A DNA stretch of 64,000 bases from a virus, in the IMG/VR virus record IMGVR_UViG_3300005690_000022, positions 1,653 through 65,652 of that record; one strand, 5' to 3'. This document shows, piece after piece, positions 30,339 through 40,633 of this stretch. Position numbers and translations under genes: made by a program. The stretch's first letter is position 1. Each line of letters starts with the position of its first letter. The notes under the pieces are model-generated. The model did not search any database. It saw nothing but the letters and a program-made list of their open reading frames with translations, and was not told the origin of the DNA.

Positions 30339-32687
30339 ATGTCTTTGCACAAAATAACACCTGATAATTTTGAAGTCTTTACAATTGAAACGCATCCTTC
30401 TCGAAGCTTTATTTCATCATCGCTTGGAGTTTCGGGTGCTGTCAATTTGTTTTCAAGACGATCGGCTTCTGAAAAAGAAGTCTTTCCTCTTTCGATGTTC
30501 ACAGGTTCAATCTTCAATGATAAGAATTTGGAAACACTACGGTTGGAAATAACTAGAAATACTGGTTCTTCTAATATTCAAAGTGAACTTCAAACTTATC
30601 TTGGTGAAGTTAATTCTCAAACTACTTCCGCTAGACTTGGACAACAACTTCAAATCTATCGATATAACCCTCCTTTTACTTTGAACAAACTTTATCAGTC
30701 TAAAGTTGTAACTTCAAAGGTGTTGATGCCATTTTATCGTGCAAACTATCCAACAGCACATTATGGATTTTCAAACTATCATTGCTTGAACTTTAGAACA
30801 AGTTCAATGTTTCCAAGTAACGCTGTACTTCTATACCCAAATCCAACTGCCTCAGTTGGAAATGATCCAAGTGCATCAGTTTATGGTGTAACAGGAGCAT
30901 TCTCATTTGATTTCTGGATCAAGCCGGTGCAAACAACAGACAATCCTGGCAATGAATATAGAGCCGGAACAATTATGCATCTTACGGGCGCATATGCTCT
31001 ATCTTTGATCACAGGCTCCCATAGAGACATAAACGGATATCCAGACAAATACAGATTACTGTTACAACTTTCTTCCAGTGCTAACGTTTCTCCTTCACTA
31101 GCTACCGCTGGGACTTATACAATTTTTTCAGATGATAACGTTCTTGAAAGAAATAAGTGGAACCATGTTACTGTTAGATGGGGAGATAGATACAATCTTG
31201 GCTCTGGTTCATTTGTTGTAAACGGTCTGGAGGCTGGAACATTTGTCTTGCCAACTTCCTCCATTGGAAGTACCGGAAGTGTTGATATGGGCTCCTATCG
31301 ATATGGAGAACCCTCTGTATTGTGTATAGGAAATTATTACAACGGTCCAAACACTGGAACAAGTGCTCTGAGTAGATTTTTTGCTGCTGATACAGCAACA
31401 AGAGAAGGTTTGTTGGAACTTGATACAACTGATGGAGTGTTTGCTCCTACAGTATTTGCATTTTCAAATCCACTAAGTGCTGAAATACATGATTTGAAAC
31501 TATTTGACAAATATTTGTTGGATCATGAAATTTCTATGTATGTTTCAGGTGGAGCTTCGACAACTTCTGGAAGTTTGAAGTTTTATGTTCCTCCTTTTTT
31601 TACGAGAGAAGCACCAACAAGACAATCGTTGAATGGCTTTGGTGGAGTTCTTACAACGCCATTTCAAGAAAGAGATGGAACAACCACAACTCCATTTAAT
31701 CCATTTATCGCATATTCGGTTGGTGGTCAATACATGAACCTTGAGAATTTTACAAGAGAGTTTGTAAGAGGTTACTATCCAAGATTGTGGGCATTGTCTG
31801 CAAGTATTATTTCCACAACGACAACAACTGAACTTACAGCAAATGCATTCTTGTATACGACGGGCTCAAACAGATATCGTCAATACCTTGCTTACCCATG
31901 TGACAATGGTAAGTTCGTTCCAAATTTTGATTTGATCAATTCCTTGTCGCCATCTTCTTCGTTGAATGACCTTGGTGTTTATAATCCCGGTTGGATTTCA
32001 TTGAATAACCAAATCGGAGAATTTTACACTTCTCAAGGATTAATCGCACTTTCTAGTTCAATCGTTGATGAAATGATAGGAGCCTCTCCAGAGAATATTG
32101 CGGGAGCAAATCCAAACAGCTATGCCATCCTTCACAGAACAAGAGATACCTCTTCAAATCAAGTTGTTTTGTTTGATATCTCAAACATGTTTTATGGTCA
32201 ACAAATCAAACCAGGAACTTTCTTATTGAAAGACACATCGCTAAGTTCTTCGGCTGGTATGTCTGTTCTAATCAAAGATGATGGATTTGGAAATTTGTAT
32301 AGAGCTGATACGGAAAGTCATCATGCTTCATGGGCATCAGTTGGAAACATTTTCTACAATGAAGGAATTGTGCTTATCAAAGCTCCCCAATTGTATTTTC
32401 TTGGCGAGCAACAGTTTGAGATAGGGTTTCAGGGAAGTAACGATATTCATGTCGCAAAATATTCTTTGCAAGCTTATCCATTGATGTACACCTCTTCAAG
32501 TAATCCATCATACATGTCTCTGTCAGCTTCTTCAAATGTAAACGAGATTGATCAAAAATTTGTGTATGTTACAAACGTCTATATTCATGATGACAACATG
32601 AACATCATCATGAAAACACAAATGGCTCAACCAATTGTGAAAAAGACTGGAGATAAAATCATGTTCAAGATTGGAATGGATTTCTAA
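30339..32687 (+). CDS. Tail/baseplate protein with LamG domain
   Basis: FSFDFWIKP, WNHVTVRW; C-terminus paralogous to 29151. Confidence 0.6.
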   Translation: MSLHKITPDNFEVFTIETHPSRSFISSSLGVSGAVNLFSRRSASEKEVFPLSMFTGSIFNDKNLETLRLEITRNTGSSNIQSELQTYLGEVNSQTTSARLGQQLQIYRYNPPFTLNKLYQSKVVTSKVLMPFYRANYPTAHYGFSNYHCLNFRTSSMFPSNAVLLYPNPTASVGNDPSASVYGVTGAFSFDFWIKPVQTTDNPGNEYRAGTIMHLTGAYALSLITGSHRDINGYPDKYRLLLQLSSSANVSPSLATAGTYTIFSDDNVLERNKWNHVTVRWGDRYNLGSGSFVVNGLEAGTFVLPTSSIGSTGSVDMGSYRYGEPSVLCIGNYYNGPNTGTSALSRFFAADTATREGLLELDTTDGVFAPTVFAFSNPLSAEIHDLKLFDKYLLDHEISMYVSGGASTTSGSLKFYVPPFFTREAPTRQSLNGFGGVLTTPFQERDGTTTTPFNPFIAYSVGGQYMNLENFTREFVRGYYPRLWALSASIISTTTTTELTANAFLYTTGSNRYRQYLAYPCDNGKFVPNFDLINSLSPSSSLNDLGVYNPGWISLNNQIGEFYTSQGLIALSSSIVDEMIGASPENIAGANPNSYAILHRTRDTSSNQVVLFDISNMFYGQQIKPGTFLLKDTSLSSSAGMSVLIKDDGFGNLYRADTESHHASWASVGNIFYNEGIVLIKAPQLYFLGEQQFEIGFQGSNDIHVAKYSLQAYPLMYTSSSNPSYMSLSASSNVNEIDQKFVYVTNVYIHDDNMNIIMKTQMAQPIVKKTGDKIMFKIGMDF

Positions 32688-33352
32688 TGATTGGAATCAA
32701 ACAACTTATTTTTGAAGGTGATCTTGAAGAAGTAGCAAAGTCAGTTCAAGAAATAGAGCAGCAAAATCTGGCTTTGTTTGTTTACAAAGGTTCAACAAGA
32801 ATGAAAGCTGTTTTATATTCCCCGGAACAAGTAAAGAAAGTGTTTGACACATATCCTGTTTTTACAGACCATGAAAGCCGAAGAAAGGCTATACAAGATA
32901 TACGCCGAGGCGTTGTTTTTGGAGTTTTTACTGCCAACTATGAAAGCCCAATCGACGCATATGAAGTCGATACTGTAGCTGCCGAACATTCATATGGTCC
33001 TTTTATGTATGATCTTCTTTCCTCTTTGGGAGGATGGATTGTTCGAGATACTGTTGGAATCACAAACGCTGCAAAAAAGATTTGGACCTACATCTTCACA
33101 AAAAGAAATGACTGGGATCGTGAGTTCTTACCAGAAGACTATAGAGAAACTCTTCCCCGCAAAGGAAACAAAAGCAATCGCAAAAATAACCCACTAAATT
33201 ATAAGTACAAAATCCAAATCCCCGTTCCAGTTGAGAATTTGATGAAGAAACACAATTCTTTTGTGTCTAGTATCAATGAACCTGCAAAAGAAGTGGAAAA
33301 TACGATTAGTGCTTTTGGAAGTCTATATTTTGAAAAGATGTATAGCTATTGA
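32687..33352 (+). CDS. Hypothetical protein, possibly GNAT-like fold
   Basis: VDTVAAEHSYGPFMYD...ITNAAKKIW; weak. Confidence 0.4.
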   Translation: MIGIKQLIFEGDLEEVAKSVQEIEQQNLALFVYKGSTRMKAVLYSPEQVKKVFDTYPVFTDHESRRKAIQDIRRGVVFGVFTANYESPIDAYEVDTVAAEHSYGPFMYDLLSSLGGWIVRDTVGITNAAKKIWTYIFTKRNDWDREFLPEDYRETLPRKGNKSNRKNNPLNYKYKIQIPVPVENLMKKHNSFVSSINEPAKEVENTISAFGSLYFEKMYSY

Positions 33353-33981
33353 TAGGCTTCACGAAAGCCACGTTGCCTTAGTTCTAACACTGTGATCTGC
33401 GTTCTGATAAACTCAAGGTCTTTTTCTTCAAACTCCATGTTACTTCCCATCGGAGCCTTGTACATGATTGACCTTTGATTCAAATCATGTCTCAGTCCTA
33501 GAGCATGACCAGCTTCATGAAGCATGATAAACATGGTTTCATGCCATTCTAGTTCGTCATGAAGAAGAATTGTCACGGAACGAATTCCGTTTTCTTGACC
33601 AAAACGATCTTCTGTGAAGTCATATTGGCAAAGACCTAGTCTTTGAATTCCTCCAACTCTTCTAAGATGGTCAACTGTAACAAAAATAGAATTATCCAAT
33701 GAAGTCATCAAAGTTGGATCTGCTTCCATTGTTTGAGGGAAGACTTCAAAGACTTTATGACCAATTGCACCATTCCAAAGATGAAATGCTGTTTGTGACA
33801 AAACAACTTGGTCTTCCGTCATTGTGTGAAGATCAAAGTAGACATTGATTGGAAGATTTGACCACCAAAGGGGCTGTCTTTGTGCATTTAGAAGGTATTC
33901 AGTGTGAGGCTCTCTGGTTCTGACCATGCAACTGCCGGTCAGTATCATAAGGAAAAATAAGCGGAACAGAGCCTTTTTCAA
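33346..33981 (-). CDS. Matrixin-family (metzincin) zinc metalloprotease, lipoprotein
   Basis: HEAGHALGLRH zinc motif plus SIM Met-turn; lipobox LTGSC. Confidence 0.85.
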   Translation of the reverse strand: MKKALFRLFFLMILTGSCMVRTREPHTEYLLNAQRQPLWWSNLPINVYFDLHTMTEDQVVLSQTAFHLWNGAIGHKVFEVFPQTMEADPTLMTSLDNSIFVTVDHLRRVGGIQRLGLCQYDFTEDRFGQENGIRSVTILLHDELEWHETMFIMLHEAGHALGLRHDLNQRSIMYKAPMGSNMEFEEKDLEFIRTQITVLELRQRGFREAYQ

Positions 33982-34013
33982 ATGATTTGTTACCTCACAT
34001 ACTTAAATATGTA

Positions 34014-34499
34014 ATGTCAAAGAGATATCATTCAGGCGAACACATTTCACCAAAATGCAGTTCTAAAATCAAATACAGATCATTGTGGGAAAAGGCTGTT
34101 TGTCTTCACTTAGATGATGATCCACAAGTTCAAAAATATGAATATGAAACTTTGAAGCTTGCTTACAGATACAGCAACAGAACTCAACGAGTTAGATTTT
34201 ACATTCCAGATTTCGTAGTCTGGTACAAAGACGGTTCTTGCTTGATGGTTGAAGTAAAACCAAAAGCCAAAGTTCAACAAATAACCGTTTTGAGAAAGAA
34301 AGCAGCCGGAGAAGTATGGGCAAGTCAAAACAAAGCAAAATATCAGTTCTGGACAGAGGACATGATTTTTCCATTACTCAAAGTCTACAAAGAAAAACTC
34401 AACGAAGTGAAAGAGTTGAAGACAAAGAGAAAACGCAAGAAGACTGTGTCAACGAAACTAGCATCAACGAAACCAGCCTCAAAAAAGAAATCGAAATAG
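34014..34499 (+). CDS. TnsA-like PD-(D/E)xK nuclease (T4 gp4 head completion-like)
   Basis: YRSLWEK...YIPDF...VEVKP. Confidence 0.8.
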   Translation: MSKRYHSGEHISPKCSSKIKYRSLWEKAVCLHLDDDPQVQKYEYETLKLAYRYSNRTQRVRFYIPDFVVWYKDGSCLMVEVKPKAKVQQITVLRKKAAGEVWASQNKAKYQFWTEDMIFPLLKVYKEKLNEVKELKTKRKRKKTVSTKLASTKPASKKKSK

Positions 34500-35047
34500 G
34501 TTTAGATATTTCTACTGCGGTTGTTGGTATTGTTGGTTTGACAAAGGAAGGACAGTTTGAGTTCATGGAACATGTCAAGTTTTCTGCCAAACAAGATAGT
34601 CTTTGGTTGAAGGCAGACGAAATTGAAAAAAGACTGTTGGAGCTTGAGAAAAAATATCAAGTAAAGAGAGTTTTTGTTGAGGCAAGTGCTAAAGGTTTTT
34701 CTCCTGGATTTTCTTCTGCTGATACCTTATTTACGCTTGCCAAGTTCAATGGCATTGTCTCATATATTGCAAGAAGAGTATTTTCTGGAACAACCATTCA
34801 CGATATCAACGTTAATTCTGCGCGCAAGGCAGCAGGGATCAAAGTTAATCGAAGCGATAAGACACGATCGACTAAGGAACAGGTCTTTGATGCTGTTAGA
34901 GCAGCATACCCTAATTTTCCCTGGCTTACACACACAGCAAAAAATGGAAAACATAAAGGAAAAGTAGTTTTTGATAAAGAAAACTACGATCGCTGTGACG
35001 CGTGGGTAATTTGTCGCGGCGGACAACTAACCACACCTTCCAATTGA
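34316..35047 (+). CDS. RuvC-like Holliday junction resolvase (start uncertain)
   Basis: IGLDIST..VFVE..LAKFNGIVSY..DRCDAWVI RNase H-fold acidic motifs. Confidence 0.75.
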   Translation: MGKSKQSKISVLDRGHDFSITQSLQRKTQRSERVEDKEKTQEDCVNETSINETSLKKEIEIGLDISTAVVGIVGLTKEGQFEFMEHVKFSAKQDSLWLKADEIEKRLLELEKKYQVKRVFVEASAKGFSPGFSSADTLFTLAKFNGIVSYIARRVFSGTTIHDINVNSARKAAGIKVNRSDKTRSTKEQVFDAVRAAYPNFPWLTHTAKNGKHKGKVVFDKENYDRCDAWVICRGGQLTTPSN

Positions 35048-35078
35048 ATGATAATCGTTCTCGTGTAAATTTGGTAGT

Positions 35079-36059
35079 ATGCCAGTTTTTACACAAGGTC
35101 AAGCAATTGATTTTATTGAACGAACCTTTGGACAAGGCATAATTTCTAATTCTGGACTGAACATTTCAGTTCTTTGTCCTCGTTGTAAATCTAGGAAACC
35201 TTTTGGATATTCAAAAAAGAAACTCGTAATCAAGACAGATGATTTCAAATGTCATTGTTGGGTTTGTGGTTTGAAGTCTCCAAACATTTTTCCTGTTTTG
35301 TCAAAGTATTTTTCTAACTCAAAAGAAGAGTTCCTTCTCACTTTTGGGCAGTCCACGCTGACCGCAAACACTCTTCTGTCGTCACAGGAAATATTGGATG
35401 AAGTAGACCAACCAATAACTCTTCCTCCAAATAGCAAACTCCTAGCCATTCACCAAAAAGAATATCGATATCACACTGATTATCTTCTCAAGAGAAGAGG
35501 ATTGACAGAAAGAGAGCTCTATTATTGGAAGATAATGGTTTCTGATCATCCAGATTTCAAGAACAGGGTCATCATTCCTTCATTTGACTCTGAGGGTGAT
35601 TTGAATTACTATACAGCAAGAAAAATTCTGGATAAAGGTAGAGGAGTCAAATACAAAAATCCCGAAGTAGACCGTAAGTCAATCATTTTCAATGAGATGA
35701 ACATAAATTGGAATAAGCCACTTGTTCTTGTTGAGGGTCCATTTGATTTGTTGAAAGTAATTCCAAATGCAACCTGTCTTCTTGGAAGTGAACTAAATGA
35801 GAACTATCTTCTATTCCAGAGGATTTGTGAAAATAAAACAGAAGTCATTTTGTCGCTAGACCTTGATGCAAAAACAAAAGAACTAAAAATAGCAAAGCTA
35901 TTATCTCAATACAACATAAAAGTAAAGATATTGAAAATACCAGAACAATATGAAGATATTGGAGAACTTCCGTTGGGTAGGTTTAATGATTTGATCGCTT
36001 CTGCTAAACTGTATTCTAGGATAGAAACTCTCAAAGACAAAATAAGCAGTATTGTCTAG
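35079..36059 (+). CDS. DNA primase (Zn-binding + TOPRIM)
   Basis: CPRC..CHCWVC; RVIIP; LVEGPFD; LDLD. Confidence 0.85.
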   Translation: MPVFTQGQAIDFIERTFGQGIISNSGLNISVLCPRCKSRKPFGYSKKKLVIKTDDFKCHCWVCGLKSPNIFPVLSKYFSNSKEEFLLTFGQSTLTANTLLSSQEILDEVDQPITLPPNSKLLAIHQKEYRYHTDYLLKRRGLTERELYYWKIMVSDHPDFKNRVIIPSFDSEGDLNYYTARKILDKGRGVKYKNPEVDRKSIIFNEMNINWNKPLVLVEGPFDLLKVIPNATCLLGSELNENYLLFQRICENKTEVILSLDLDAKTKELKIAKLLSQYNIKVKILKIPEQYEDIGELPLGRFNDLIASAKLYSRIETLKDKISSIV

Positions 36060-36070
36060 AGGAAATAATA

Positions 36071-39000
36071 ATGAGAATTTGCCACGTTTCAGACATTCAT
36101 TGGAGAGGTTTTCAACGACACGCAGAATATACGGAAGTTTTTGAAAAAACTTTTGAACTCATGCGTGCTCTTGAACCTGATATCATCATAAACACTGGTG
36201 ATACTTTCCACACCAAGACACAAAATATCAGTCCAGAAGTAATTGACAAACTTGCTTGGATGATAAGAGAAATGGTTTCGATTGCGCCGACATATACACT
36301 TCTCGGAAACCATGATGGAAATCTTGCTAATGCTTCAAGACAAGACGTTATTTCTCCAATTCATAAAGCAATGAATTTGGAAAACCACTTCCTGTTGAAG
36401 GACAGTGTTCAGTTTCAAGCCAAAGGTTTTCCTTTTGAGTTTTATGCATTCTCTCCTTTTGACAAAGAAGGTTGGTCAAAACTAAAGCCCGATCCAAATA
36501 AAACCAACATTGCTTTGTTTCATGGCTCGATTGCTGGAAGTAAGACAGATGGAAACTTCTACTTTCAACATGGCGAGAAGACCATGGCAGAGTTTTCTGG
36601 ATTTGATTATCTTCTTCTTGGAGACATTCATCTTTCACAATTTCTTGGATGGAGAGAAAATAAGAACAAGAAGAGTTTGCCATGGGCAGCTTATGCTGGT
36701 TCTCTAATTCAACAGAACTTCGGTGAGAATGAAGAAAAGGGTTTTCTTGTTTGGGATATTGAGGACAAGGATGATTGGAGTGTTCAGTTCTGCCCTGTGG
36801 AAAATCCAACACCGTATATTACGGTTGATTGGAATGGTTCAGTGGAAGAGACAATTCATACGCTAAAGAAAAAGCATCCAAATCTTGGTCCGGGTTCTCG
36901 TATGAGAATTCGTCATCAAAGCAAGATTTCGAGTCTTGAAACACAGGTTCTTTCAAATGAATTGAAACAAAGTTACAAACCACTTCAAATTTCTTTTCAA
37001 CAACTGAATGTTGAAAAAGACCTTTCTGCAATCTCGACAAACAACGTGCAGATTCAGAAATCATCTTTGCGAAACAACCCAAAAGTAATTCATGAACTTT
37101 TCAAAGAGTTCATCTTGTCAAACAAAGACAAGTATCAGTTGACGCAAGAACAACTTGAAGAAGGTTCAATCAAGGTTATACAGAAGTATCTTGCAAAGTT
37201 GTATGCCTCGGAACCAGAAGCAACAAGAGATGTTTCTTGGTCATTGAAGAAACTTGAGTTTGACAATCTTTTCCGTTATGGAAAAGACAATGTTCTTGAT
37301 TTCACAAAGCTTTCTGGTTTGGTTGGAGTTTTTGGTCCAAACAGAGCAGGAAAAAGTTCTATTGTTGGAAGTTTGATGTATGGACTTTATAACGGTTCCG
37401 ACCGAGGTCCAATCAAGAATGCAAAAATACTCAATAGAAGTGAGAACGAAGGTGGTGCAAAAGTCACCATTGATATCAATGGCGTTGAATATGTCATTGA
37501 GAGAAAAACAGAAAGAATGGTTCCAAAAAGAAAGCAGGATGAAGACCTTACTGATAAGGACAGAGAAAAATCAAACACTTCTCTTGAGCTTTACAAAATG
37601 GTTTTGACCGAGGATGGAACTGTAAAACCTTTGTCTTTGACTTCCATCAATAGAGAAGATACAGACAAAGAAATAAGAAGGTTGATTGGAACCGCAGAAG
37701 ATTTTCTTCTTACGGCTTTCTCAAGTCAAGGCAAGATCAATACCTTTATTGAAGAAGGTCCAACTCAAAGAAAGAAAATTCTTTCAAGGTTTCTTGATTT
37801 GGATATCTTCGATAAGTTGCATGGTTATGCCAAAGATGATTTGACGGTTCTTATGGATCGTTGCAAAAATCAAGACATTACCAAATCCAAACTTGAACAA
37901 GTAGAAAAGAGTGAAGCTTCTTTTACAGAAGAGATGGCAACCCTTATTACTCAGATTGAAACTCTTGCAAAACTTCAAGAAGAAACTGAAAAGGAGTTGA
38001 GTGAAATAAACACTCTTGAACTTCCAGATTTGGGGCTTCATCAACAAAAGATTGATAAGTTAGAAAATTTCAAGAAAGAAAAGTTGGCAATAGAAAATGA
38101 GCTTGTTTCTTTGGCTGACGCACATGAAGCAATAAGTGCGGATATCTCAGCTTATGAAATTCAAGTAAAGCTCTTTGATTTTGGTGAGTTGAATGAAAAA
38201 TTTGACATTATCAAAGAGAAAGAAAAAGTTTTGCTTGATCGTGTCAATGAACAGAAGATAAAGCAAGCCTCACTTGAAAACAAAGAAAAGTCCGTCAAGA
38301 AACTGGAAACTGTTCCTTGTGGGGATCAGTTTCCTTCCTGTCGCTTTATCAAGGATTCGCATGAAGATGCCAAATCAATTCAAATTGATAGAGACAAGTT
38401 CAATTCATTGTTGGAAGAAGTAAGTGACCTTCAACTTTTCTTGAAGAAAAATTCAAGAACAGAAGTTGAGAAAGAAATTTCTAAGTTTGAGAAAATCACA
38501 AAAACTTTGGAAAGCAACAGACAAAAGAGATTGAATCTTGAGCAAAAGAATGAAAACGCTTTGCTTCGTTTGTCATCGTTGGATGAAAAGATAAAGTCCC
38601 TCGAATTGGAAGTTCAAAAAGAGAAAACAACGATTGAAACATTTGATGTTGATAAAATTTCTTCATTGAAATCTTTATCTCTTCAACATAAGAACAAGAT
38701 GGCAAATCTTCTCTCAAAGAAAGAAGAGATGCTTGTCCAGCGTGGAGGATTGCAAGCTCAGAAACAAATGCTTTCCGAACAAGTTCAGTCCATCAACGAC
38801 ACAATCAATGAACTGAAACTTCAAAAGGCTTTGACTGACGCTCTATCAAAAACAGGTGTTCCTTCCTTGATTTTGAAGACGCAGCTTCCAGCAATCAACA
38901 ACGAACTTCAAAAACTTCTAATGTCTATTCAGGAATTCAATGTAAGTTTGGATCTTGACCTTTCATCAAACTCTATGGATGTTTTTATAGAAGACGCATC

Positions 39001-39295
39001 AGGCAAAAGAGAAATCGAACTTGCTTCTGGTGCAGAGAAGATGATTACATCTTTGGCTCTCCGTGTAGCATTACTCAATTTGTCCTCGCTTCCAAAACCA
39101 GACATTCTCATAATCGACGAAGGATTTGGTTCATTGGATGATGACAATTTGCAAAAATGCATGGAGTTCCTTGATGTCTTGAAAGCTTACTTCAAGTCTG
39201 TCATCATAATCACACACGTATCACCACTGAAAGAAGTCACCGATCAGTTGGTGGAAATTGTTAGAGATGGACATAAATCAAAAGTGCAAAACTGA
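36071..39295 (+). CDS. Fused SbcD/Mre11 nuclease-SbcC/Rad50 ATPase
   Basis: SDIH, GDTFH, GNHD, GDIH; Walker A GPNRAGKS; coiled coil with CGDQFPSC hook; SGAE; IIDEGFGSLD; ITH. Confidence 0.92.
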   Translation: MRICHVSDIHWRGFQRHAEYTEVFEKTFELMRALEPDIIINTGDTFHTKTQNISPEVIDKLAWMIREMVSIAPTYTLLGNHDGNLANASRQDVISPIHKAMNLENHFLLKDSVQFQAKGFPFEFYAFSPFDKEGWSKLKPDPNKTNIALFHGSIAGSKTDGNFYFQHGEKTMAEFSGFDYLLLGDIHLSQFLGWRENKNKKSLPWAAYAGSLIQQNFGENEEKGFLVWDIEDKDDWSVQFCPVENPTPYITVDWNGSVEETIHTLKKKHPNLGPGSRMRIRHQSKISSLETQVLSNELKQSYKPLQISFQQLNVEKDLSAISTNNVQIQKSSLRNNPKVIHELFKEFILSNKDKYQLTQEQLEEGSIKVIQKYLAKLYASEPEATRDVSWSLKKLEFDNLFRYGKDNVLDFTKLSGLVGVFGPNRAGKSSIVGSLMYGLYNGSDRGPIKNAKILNRSENEGGAKVTIDINGVEYVIERKTERMVPKRKQDEDLTDKDREKSNTSLELYKMVLTEDGTVKPLSLTSINREDTDKEIRRLIGTAEDFLLTAFSSQGKINTFIEEGPTQRKKILSRFLDLDIFDKLHGYAKDDLTVLMDRCKNQDITKSKLEQVEKSEASFTEEMATLITQIETLAKLQEETEKELSEINTLELPDLGLHQQKIDKLENFKKEKLAIENELVSLADAHEAISADISAYEIQVKLFDFGELNEKFDIIKEKEKVLLDRVNEQKIKQASLENKEKSVKKLETVPCGDQFPSCRFIKDSHEDAKSIQIDRDKFNSLLEEVSDLQLFLKKNSRTEVEKEISKFEKITKTLESNRQKRLNLEQKNENALLRLSSLDEKIKSLELEVQKEKTTIETFDVDKISSLKSLSLQHKNKMANLLSKKEEMLVQRGGLQAQKQMLSEQVQSINDTINELKLQKALTDALSKTGVPSLILKTQLPAINNELQKLLMSIQEFNVSLDLDLSSNSMDVFIEDASGKREIELASGAEKMITSLALRVALLNLSSLPKPDILIIDEGFGSLDDDNLQKCMEFLDVLKAYFKSVIIITHVSPLKEVTDQLVEIVRDGHKSKVQN

Positions 39296-39587
39296 AAACC
39301 CCTTTGATCTGAAAGATATTATGGAAAAGAACGATAAGAAACTAAACAAAATCCCGTATGGCGTTGAGTTCAGCAGAACCAAGAAACAATTCTTGGTAGT
39401 TGCTATGTTAGGATATGTTGGTGAAACTCCCGAGGATGCTGCTTACTTCTATAAGAAGTTGAGTGGGTTTCTTGATTTAGAAACCTCTAAAAAAGTTGGT
39501 GAGTTGTGGAGGGATACTTACACGGATCCAACTGCATATTCAAAACTAGAAAACTTCGTGCAGTCTCTTGATTGTTCTCGTAGTTGA
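39267..39587 (+). CDS. Hypothetical protein
   Basis: ORF between sbcCD and terminator; start uncertain. Confidence 0.5.
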   Translation: MDINQKCKTENPFDLKDIMEKNDKKLNKIPYGVEFSRTKKQFLVVAMLGYVGETPEDAAYFYKKLSGFLDLETSKKVGELWRDTYTDPTAYSKLENFVQSLDCSRS

Positions 39588-39606
39588 GTCAAAAAAAAGA
39601 CAAATG

Positions 39607-39633
39607 AAAAAGCCGGGCTTGACCCGGCTTTTT
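39607..39633. terminator. Bidirectional intrinsic terminator
   Basis: AAAAAGCCGGG-CTTGA-CCCGGCTTTTT between convergent genes. Confidence 0.85.
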
Positions 39634-39650
39634 CTAATTCAAATTTTGTT

Positions 39651-40187
39651 TCAAAGCCATGAAGGCTTTTCTGTTTTCCAAGTAGCATCACGAATACGAA
39701 CAGTGCCAAACTTCATTTTGCACGTACGATAATAGTTTCGATATGTTTCAACAACATCAACTTTACCATCTTTTACAGATAGAACAACTGGTTTAATTGC
39801 TTCATTGATTGCAAGCGGCGGGTCTTCCCAACCTTGATTAGGAAACTTGTTGCTTGATTTAATTGTTTTTAAGGCGTGCAAAATATCAAAGAACACTTGT
39901 TGAGAAGCGTGAACTTTGTTATAACGCCTTGAATATTCAGTCGAGAGAGCAATTCCATGGTTCAACAACCAATAGAAATGAGAAAAGCTTTTACGTGCCC
40001 AAACACATGAAGGATGATTTTTGTGAGTTGACTTATAAAGCTTACCGTTTACAAACTTGTCTAAACCTAATTCATGACAAGCTGTTGATAGAATTTGTGC
40101 TGTTTCCAATGTCATTTTGATGACGTGTTGATCAGATAAAGCACAAGCAGCTTCTTTTGGATTTGGATCTACAAAGAATATATTCAT
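39651..40187 (-). CDS. Pyrimidine dimer DNA glycosylase/endonuclease V family protein
   Basis: MNIFFVD..HVIKMTLETAQILSTA..THKNHPS..W. Confidence 0.8.
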   Translation of the reverse strand: MNIFFVDPNPKEAACALSDQHVIKMTLETAQILSTACHELGLDKFVNGKLYKSTHKNHPSCVWARKSFSHFYWLLNHGIALSTEYSRRYNKVHASQQVFFDILHALKTIKSSNKFPNQGWEDPPLAINEAIKPVVLSVKDGKVDVVETYRNYYRTCKMKFGTVRIRDATWKTEKPSWL

Positions 40188-40272
40188 ATGCTATACTATA
40201 CCTCGTTAGGTGTCAACATTCAACCAAAAGCCGTCTGAGGGCACTGTCAAAAATAAATAGGAGTTAGGTCCA

Positions 40273-40605
40273 ATGAATAGTTTCAAGGAAATGGAAAATG
40301 GTACAGTGTTTCTGATAATGCCTAGCAACGCATCCACGGTTCCATTGTTTTGTCCTCTTTGCAAGTTCCCTATGCAGACACAAGATGATAGTTTATCTTT
40401 CAAAGAGTTAGGATGTTGTTACTTCTGTGATCTAGAGTATAGATCACAAATACTTCAAGACCGTTTAGTGGAACATAACCAATTAGAACAAGATCACTCC
40501 CAACTTCCACAGACTGTAGTTTTCAAAATTCAGGCTTCACCTAAGTGGAATGATTATCTCAAAACTAGGCGTTTCCGTTCAAAACGAACAATTATATTGA
40601 AGTGA
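40273..40605 (+). CDS. Hypothetical Zn-finger protein
   Basis: CPLC...CCYFC. Confidence 0.55.
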   Translation: MNSFKEMENGTVFLIMPSNASTVPLFCPLCKFPMQTQDDSLSFKELGCCYFCDLEYRSQILQDRLVEHNQLEQDHSQLPQTVVFKIQASPKWNDYLKTRRFRSKRTIILK

Positions 40606-40633
40606 ACTATTTATCAACTGCTAGGTTTGAATA

